In this document: positions 58,388 through 64,000 of the stretch, in pieces
Layout of the letters: each line of letters starts with the position of its first letter
Position numbering within the stretch: the stretch's first letter is position 1
NCBI GenBank assembly: GCA_051531975.1
Contig: JAOPTT010000002.1
Location: 537,968-601,967 of the forward strand
DNA from: Spirochaetaceae bacterium
Lineage (GTDB): Bacteria; Spirochaetota; Spirochaetia; DSM-2461
Direction of reading: 5' to 3'
Length of the DNA: 64,000 nucleotides
Position numbers and translations under genes: made by a program
The notes under the pieces: model-generated
Told to the model about the DNA's origin: nothing
Database searches by the model: none
What the model saw: the letters and a program-made list of their open reading frames with translations, nothing else

Positions 58388-60631
58388 ATGGCAACCCAAT
58401 ATAATAAATTAGATAGTAGAGTTCAGAAGTGGATTTATAAACAGGGCTGGAAAGATTTAAGAGAGGTTCAAAAACTATCAATTGATCCTATATTAAAGGC
58501 AAATTGTGACATAGTAATAAGTGCTGCAACTGCGGCAGGAAAAACTGAAGCTGCATTTATGCCTGCTTTAACAACAACTGCGGACATTCAAACAGGTTTT
58601 GGTATTTTATATATTAGTCCACTTAAAGCACTAATAAATGATCAACATCGCAGGTTAGAACCGCTGGCAGAGACAATGGATTTAAAGGTTACCGCATGGC
58701 ATGGAGATAGTTCTGTCACAAAAAAGAAACAGGTAATATTAAAACCAAATGGAGTTATATTAATAACTCCAGAATCTTTAGAATCCATGTTAATTCTTAG
58801 AGCTGGTTGGGTTAAAAAATCATTTGAGAATATAAAGTATATAATAATTGATGAGTATCATGCTTTTTTAGGCAGTGAGAGAGGTACACAGCTTCAGTCA
58901 CTAATGCATCGATTAGAAGATATTCTGGAATTAGATAGAAAGATCCCTCGAATAGCTTTAAGTGCAACTTTAGGGGATATGGATAGTGTATTAAAATCCC
59001 TTAGACCAGATAATTCATTTCCATCTATATTAATTGAACCAACTGACCCAAATGAAGTTAAATCATCTATGTTGATGCAGGTTAGAGGTTATATAGAGAA
59101 GATTGTTAAAGTTGAAGAAGCTATTGAAAACCCAGAGGAGTATGTAGAAAAAACAGTATCCTCTGATGATCAGATTGCAGCAGATCTTTTTACACTACTT
59201 CGAGGGGATAGTCATCTTGTTTTTGCTAATAGTAGAAAAAGAACTGAGAATTTTTCTGCTTTGTTAAGTGATCTTTGTAGGGACAATGGTGTGCCTAACG
59301 AGTTTTTCCCACACCACGGCTCACTCTCAAAAGAGATAAGGTTTGACCTAGAATCCAGACTTCAGAGAGACAGCCTACCTACAACCGCGGTTTGTACTAT
59401 GACCCTAGAGTTAGGTATAGATATAGGCAAAGTAAAATCTGTATCCCAGGTAACTGCACCTCTTTCTGTATCTAGTTTGCGGCAACGTTTAGGACGTTCT
59501 GGTCGGAGAGGAGATAACCCGGTATTAAGAATGTTTATTAGTGAGAATGAACTTATGGTAAATTCATCTATTGTTGATAAACTTAGACTAGAACTGCTCC
59601 AGAGTATAGCTGTGTTACGACTCCTAATTATAGAAAAGTGGTATGAACCTGCTGATACGGATCTATACCATTTTTCAACTCTAATACATCAAATTTTAGC
59701 AGTTATTTCCCAGTGGGGTGGAGTAAGAGCTGATAGGATATGGCAGCTTTTATGTAAATCAGGATCATTCAATAAAATAACAGTGGATCAGTTCTCCCAG
59801 CTACTTACTTTTATGGGTGATAAAAATCTAATATCACAATTATCAAGTGGAGAATTAACAATCGGTGAATCTGGAGAGAGACTTGTTAATCACTACACAT
59901 TTTATGCTGTATTTAATACACCAGAAGAGTACAGGGTGATTGTTAAAGGTAGAACTATAGGTTCTATTCCTTTAGACAGCTTTGTAGTTAATCAGCAATA
60001 TATAATTTTCAGTGGTAGAAGATGGAAAGTTATTGATATTGATAACGATAAAAAAGTAATTACACTAGAGGCATCAGAAGGAGGGAAACCTCCAAAGTTT
60101 AGTAACGGAAGCCTGATTATACATGACAAAATAAGACAGGAGATGTTAAAGGTATATACATTAGCTGACCATAGAATAGACATTGGTAGTAGAAAGATTG
60201 AATTTATGGATGATACTGCTATAAATCTATTTAATGAGGGTGTTAAACTATTTCAGGAGTTAGAACTATCAAAAAATAGACTAACTAGTCATGGCAGACA
60301 TGTATATCTGATTCCATGGATGGGGGATAAAGTTGTAAATACTCTTTCTATACTACTTATTACTGCCGGATATAAATTAAGTAACTTTGCTGGGGTTATA
60401 GAAATTGAGAACAGTGATATAGAGGACGTAAGAGAGTCCTTAATTCTATTCAGTTTAGATAATAAATTTACCAATGCAGATCTTGCAAAATATGTGGAAA
60501 ACAAAGAGCTAGAAAAATTTGATAAACTCCTGCCAGAGAATCTACTTGAAATAGAATATGGTGCTAAGGCCTTTAATATATCAAGGACAATTATTTGGCT
60601 TAAAAATGAAATTTCTAATAAATGTATATAA
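58388..60631 (+). CDS. sngC: Lhr-like DEAD/DEAH-box helicase, Shango SngC-like
   Basis: TAAGKTEAA, SPLKALINDQ, ITPESLE, DEYH, LSAT, HHGSLS, TLELGIDIG, QRLGRSGRR; start ATG 58388 just after the sngB stop. Confidence 0.85.
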   Translation: MATQYNKLDSRVQKWIYKQGWKDLREVQKLSIDPILKANCDIVISAATAAGKTEAAFMPALTTTADIQTGFGILYISPLKALINDQHRRLEPLAETMDLKVTAWHGDSSVTKKKQVILKPNGVILITPESLESMLILRAGWVKKSFENIKYIIIDEYHAFLGSERGTQLQSLMHRLEDILELDRKIPRIALSATLGDMDSVLKSLRPDNSFPSILIEPTDPNEVKSSMLMQVRGYIEKIVKVEEAIENPEEYVEKTVSSDDQIAADLFTLLRGDSHLVFANSRKRTENFSALLSDLCRDNGVPNEFFPHHGSLSKEIRFDLESRLQRDSLPTTAVCTMTLELGIDIGKVKSVSQVTAPLSVSSLRQRLGRSGRRGDNPVLRMFISENELMVNSSIVDKLRLELLQSIAVLRLLIIEKWYEPADTDLYHFSTLIHQILAVISQWGGVRADRIWQLLCKSGSFNKITVDQFSQLLTFMGDKNLISQLSSGELTIGESGERLVNHYTFYAVFNTPEEYRVIVKGRTIGSIPLDSFVVNQQYIIFSGRRWKVIDIDNDKKVITLEASEGGKPPKFSNGSLIIHDKIRQEMLKVYTLADHRIDIGSRKIEFMDDTAINLFNEGVKLFQELELSKNRLTSHGRHVYLIPWMGDKVVNTLSILLITAGYKLSNFAGVIEIENSDIEDVRESLILFSLDNKFTNADLAKYVENKELEKFDKLLPENLLEIEYGAKAFNISRTIIWLKNEISNKCI

Positions 60632-60842
60632 CATTACATAAAAAAATAAATCAGAGAAAATAGAAATATTGTATACAAAATATATTTGTGAAAATAATTT
60701 ACCACGACTTTAAAAAACCGTGCTAAACTCTTGATTAATGAACTTCTTAATTTAATAGGATTGAAATTTACTGCTCATTTAATGAAACAGAGAAACCTAT
60801 TTACTACTAAAGATTAAGAAATCATAATTAAAAGGAGAAAAA

Positions 60843-62360
60843 ATGGATTTTTCAAGTTTCAACCAGTTATTAATTGCATTTATTTTATTAATTCCAATAG
60901 TAATTCTATCTAGAACAGTAGTGGCTGGGACAAAATACTCACCTATTCTTATTATTGTTATCTTCGGATTATTAATGGGATTCCTTCTTGGAGAAAGTGG
61001 TATGGCCACTGCAGGATTACAGGAATTCACAATGGTAGGATTTATGAGTAAAGTAACTGTTGTTGTTTTAATTGTAACATTCTTTGTTGGAGGGCAAGAG
61101 CTCAAAAAACTTTCTAAAAAAGCACCTTTGGATATTGAAGACCTAATAACACCTTCAGAAGAAGAGATTATTCTAGGGACAAAACGTACCGAACTTTTCT
61201 TTATTGTACGTTCATTCTTTATTTTGTTAGCAATACAGGGAACATTTACAATTATTAAAGGTGTCGCTGGAAATGATCCAATAGGATCTGCATACCCTCT
61301 ATTAACATATCTTGGAATTATTGGTGCTTTAATACTAATTGATTCAAAGGCAAAAATTAAAAATAAGTCTCTATATCTTGGTAAAGGTTTTCTAGAGATG
61401 TGTATGATACTAATTTTATTACTTATTTCTTATGGTATCTCTATCTGGGTAAAACCTTTAATCGCCCTACCTCAAATATTCTTTGCTATGTTACTTTCTG
61501 CTGGTTTAGGTTATATATTTTCTAATTGGAGATTTGGACCAACAATGAAATCTCTTCTATTTGCTGGAATACCAGTTGTACTTGCTGCTAACTTCCTAGT
61601 TGGTGGATCAAGAATAGTAGAAGCATTTAAAATTGATGAAATGGCTAAAGTTATGGGTTATGGGTTTTTTGGTCAACTTCTATGGATGTTTGGTGGAATC
61701 CTAATTCTTATTAAACTTGGTAAGGCTAATCATGTAAGAAATCTTGCACCTGGTATGGCTGGTTCTTTATCGCATTCAGGTCTAACTGGAGCATGTACTG
61801 CCGGAGACTTAGGACATATAGCTGCTGCCCGTGCACCAATTATGATAAATATCCCATTTTTTGGTCACATTTTTGTATTTACCATATTGGCTATTAGTGC
61901 AAAACAGGGAGTACTTATGGCGATCCCAGCTTCTTTAGTAGTTCTTTGTGGAATAGTATTAACATACTTTGCTTTAAAAAACCTTAGAAATGCTAATGGA
62001 GAAGATGCAAAAGAGGTTCGTGGTCTAATGTTATTTAGCTTTGGTTGGCAGTTAATGGCAGTATTTGGAAGCTTTTTACTACTACATCTAAGTGGAATAA
62101 CACTATGGAATGCCTCGATGGCAACAAGTTCAGCAATCAGTCACTTTGGTCTGTTTGCAGCTGTTCAGGGTGGAATGTTTGGTCATGGAACAGATACTCT
62201 AATCCCATTTATTTTTGCAATGCCATTTTTAGTTCACCCAGTTGTATTTGGAATGTTTGGTAAAGCAATGAAAAACAATGGAGTAATGTCTGTTAAACCG
62301 GTAATAATCTTTGTAATTCTTGGTTTAATTGGAGTAATATATTCACTGTTTATTATGTAA
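60843..62360 (+). CDS. Polytopic membrane protein, putative secondary transporter with internal repeat
   Basis: About 13-15 hydrophobic segments; duplicated Q...FG / SH.GL / GH / PF..H unit; AAGGAG RBS. Confidence 0.7.
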   Translation: MDFSSFNQLLIAFILLIPIVILSRTVVAGTKYSPILIIVIFGLLMGFLLGESGMATAGLQEFTMVGFMSKVTVVVLIVTFFVGGQELKKLSKKAPLDIEDLITPSEEEIILGTKRTELFFIVRSFFILLAIQGTFTIIKGVAGNDPIGSAYPLLTYLGIIGALILIDSKAKIKNKSLYLGKGFLEMCMILILLLISYGISIWVKPLIALPQIFFAMLLSAGLGYIFSNWRFGPTMKSLLFAGIPVVLAANFLVGGSRIVEAFKIDEMAKVMGYGFFGQLLWMFGGILILIKLGKANHVRNLAPGMAGSLSHSGLTGACTAGDLGHIAAARAPIMINIPFFGHIFVFTILAISAKQGVLMAIPASLVVLCGIVLTYFALKNLRNANGEDAKEVRGLMLFSFGWQLMAVFGSFLLLHLSGITLWNASMATSSAISHFGLFAAVQGGMFGHGTDTLIPFIFAMPFLVHPVVFGMFGKAMKNNGVMSVKPVIIFVILGLIGVIYSLFIM

Positions 62361-62372
62361 TATATTAAAATA

Positions 62373-62402
62373 GCTAAAGCCTGTGTTAAAACAGGCTTTA
62401 GT
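62373..62402. terminator. Bidirectional intrinsic terminator
   Basis: CTAAAGCCTGT-GTTAAA-ACAGGCTTTAG stem between convergent genes. Confidence 0.75.
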
Positions 62403-62416
62403 ATTAAATCACTTAT

Positions 62417-62878
62417 TTATATATTTTTTAGAAGGTTTGCCATCTCAATAGCACCTAATGCAGAATCAAAACCTTTATTCCCAGCTTTAGTTCCTGCACG
62501 TTCCACAGCTTGTTCTATAGTATCTGTAGTTAATATACCAAACATTACAGGTATTTCCTGATTTAAAGATACCTGGGATATACCCTTTACTGCTTCGTTA
62601 CATACATAGTCGTAGTGTGTTGTAGCTCCACGAATAACAGAACCTAAACATATTATTGCATCGTACTTATTTGATTTTGCTAGTTTTTGGGCAACTAGAG
62701 GTATCTCAAAAGCTCCCGGAACCCTAATAATCTCAATATTAGACTCATCTCCACCGTGTCTTGTAATACAGTCTATGGAACCTTCTAATAATCGTTCTGT
62801 AATAAAACTATTAAATCTAGCTACAATAATTCCAAACTTCAGACCTTCTGCTATTAAATTCCCATTTATCTCTTTCAT
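62417..62878 (-). CDS. ribH: 6,7-dimethyl-8-ribityllumazine synthase
   Basis: [41 protein letters not shown]. Confidence 0.97.
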   Translation of the reverse strand: MKEINGNLIAEGLKFGIIVARFNSFITERLLEGSIDCITRHGGDESNIEIIRVPGAFEIPLVAQKLAKSNKYDAIICLGSVIRGATTHYDYVCNEAVKGISQVSLNQEIPVMFGILTTDTIEQAVERAGTKAGNKGFDSALGAIEMANLLKNI

Positions 62879-62879
62879 G

Positions 62880-64000
62880 TTATCTCCTTTCTGACAGAAT
62901 GTGTCCCATTCTATCTTTTTTTGTCTCTAAATATTTAGCATTATTACTATGATATCTGCCCTCTAAAGATATTCTCTTTACTACCCTTATACCTTCTTTT
63001 TCAAGGCCATTAACCTTAAGTGGGTTATTAGTAAGAAGGTTTACACTAAGAATATCTTTCTCTTTTAATAGACTTGCTGCTAAGGAATATTCTCGTAAGT
63101 CAGCTTTAAATCCAAGTTTTAAGTTGGCATCCATGGTATCAAATCCCTGATCCTGAAGATTATAAGTTCTAAGTTTATTAATTAGACCTATGCCCCTGCC
63201 CTCTTGCCTAAGATATAAAATAGCCCCACCGTTTTTATTTATATAACGTAATGAATCTGTTAATTGGTCCCCACAGTCACATCTTAATGAACCTAATAGA
63301 TCCCCGGTTAAACACTCTGAATGCATTCTTAAATTAAGAGGGGATGTTAATTCTCCTTTATGTATAAAAAGGTGGGGCATCTCCTTACTTTTAGGGTTAT
63401 CAATTGTCTCTATTAAAAAAGTGCCTATATCTGTTGGAATAGAAATAGGCTTCTTTTGGAACAGATAGTGTTTATACTCTTTTAACTCTTTTATTGTGAT
63501 CCTATTTAGATTATGAGTAGCCTGAAATTTATCAAGTTCTTCTGCTCTAGCCATCGTTCCATCATCATTAATAATTTCACAAATTACCCCACATGGAGTA
63601 AGTCCAGACAAAACTGCCATATCTACAGCGGCTTCTGTATGACCTTCCCGTTCTAATACTCCACCATTTTTTGCAATGAGTGGAAAGATATGACCTGGTC
63701 TGTGAAAATCACCTTTTTGTGAAGTTGGGTTCGATATCGCTTTAATAGTTTTTGATCTGTCACTTGCTGATATTCCTGTAGTTGTTCCAGCCTTAACATC
63801 ACAACTAACCGTAAATGCAGTTCCTTGTTTATCCTGCTCTGTTGTCATTAGTTCTAGACCTAAACGTTTTGCATAATCTTCACTAATAGGACAACAAATT
63901 AGACCTTTACCATAGTTGGCCATAAAACTAATATCTTCCGGGGTTATTAACTCTCCAGCCATTATTAGATCACCTTCATTTTCCCGGTCTTCATTGTCAG
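62880..64000 (-). CDS. ribBA: Bifunctional DHBP synthase / GTP cyclohydrolase II (5' end outside the window)
   Basis: Frame open to the window end ([11 protein letters not shown]); [23 protein letters not shown]...[19 protein letters not shown]. Confidence 0.95.
   Translation of the reverse strand, partial: DNEDRENEGDLIMAGELITPEDISFMANYGKGLICCPISEDYAKRLGLELMTTEQDKQGTAFTVSCDVKAGTTTGISASDRSKTIKAISNPTSQKGDFHRPGHIFPLIAKNGGVLEREGHTEAAVDMAVLSGLTPCGVICEIINDDGTMARAEELDKFQATHNLNRITIKELKEYKHYLFQKKPISIPTDIGTFLIETIDNPKSKEMPHLFIHKGELTSPLNLRMHSECLTGDLLGSLRCDCGDQLTDSLRYINKNGGAILYLRQEGRGIGLINKLRTYNLQDQGFDTMDANLKLGFKADLREYSLAASLLKEKDILSVNLLTNNPLKVNGLEKEGIRVVKRISLEGRYHSNNAKYLETKKDRMGHILSERR

Noticed and set aside
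57106..60631. BREX (BrxD/BrxHI) assignment for the ATPase-helicase pair
   Set aside because: No pglX, pglZ or brxC in the window; the upstream TerB-domain gene fits Shango.
60686..60706. TTGTGAAAATAATTTACCAC as a Rex or CRP box upstream of the membrane protein
   Set aside because: Only the left half-site matches; spacing and right half do not fit either consensus.
945..62263. Many short ORFs in the track overlapping long genes (e.g. 2843-3340+, 4967-5314+, 8850-9203-, 29980-30357-, 41452-41757+, 51780-52052+, 60797-61105-)
   Set aside because: Antisense or off-frame shadows of well-supported genes, with Ser/Ile/Phe-rich composition and no RBS or motifs.
62417..64000. FMN riboswitch for the rib operon
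   Set aside because: The operon's 5' end lies beyond the window, so it cannot be seen here.
1..64000. tRNA/rRNA genes, IS elements, prophage genes, CRISPR arrays
   Set aside because: None recognised; intergenic gaps are short and AT-rich, and no transposase, integrase or phage structural motifs appear in the ORFs.

Overview
AT-rich bacterial chromosomal window, most likely from a free-living spirochaete (inferred from the FlaB-like protein and the lipoprotein signal style; not verified). In order: two formylglycine-dependent sulfatases; a membrane protein / SBP-vWA lipoprotein / TelA operon; an unusual miniature flagellin homologue with an apparent Sec signal peptide; a decayed RhuM-family remnant with two tandem palindromes; two MNT-HEPN toxin-antitoxin pairs flanking an ECF sigma / anti-sigma-vWA pair and a HEXXH protein. 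A ~27 kb signalling block follows (GGDEF proteins, four hybrid histidine kinases of which three sit beside orphan solute-binding proteins, a 7TM-PP2C, hemerythrin, two TetR units with visible operators). After that come two paralogous MalT-like/small-protein modules with co-varying operators bracketing an exosortase K / MSEP-CTERM pair, a MoxR-type AAA + vWA-metallopeptidase operon, a Shango-type defence system (TerB, DUF2791 ATPase, Lhr-like helicase), an internally duplicated His-rich membrane protein, and the 3' end of the riboflavin operon (ribBA, ribH). I saw no rRNA, tRNA, CRISPR array or transposase. All family calls come from motif recognition by eye, not database searches.
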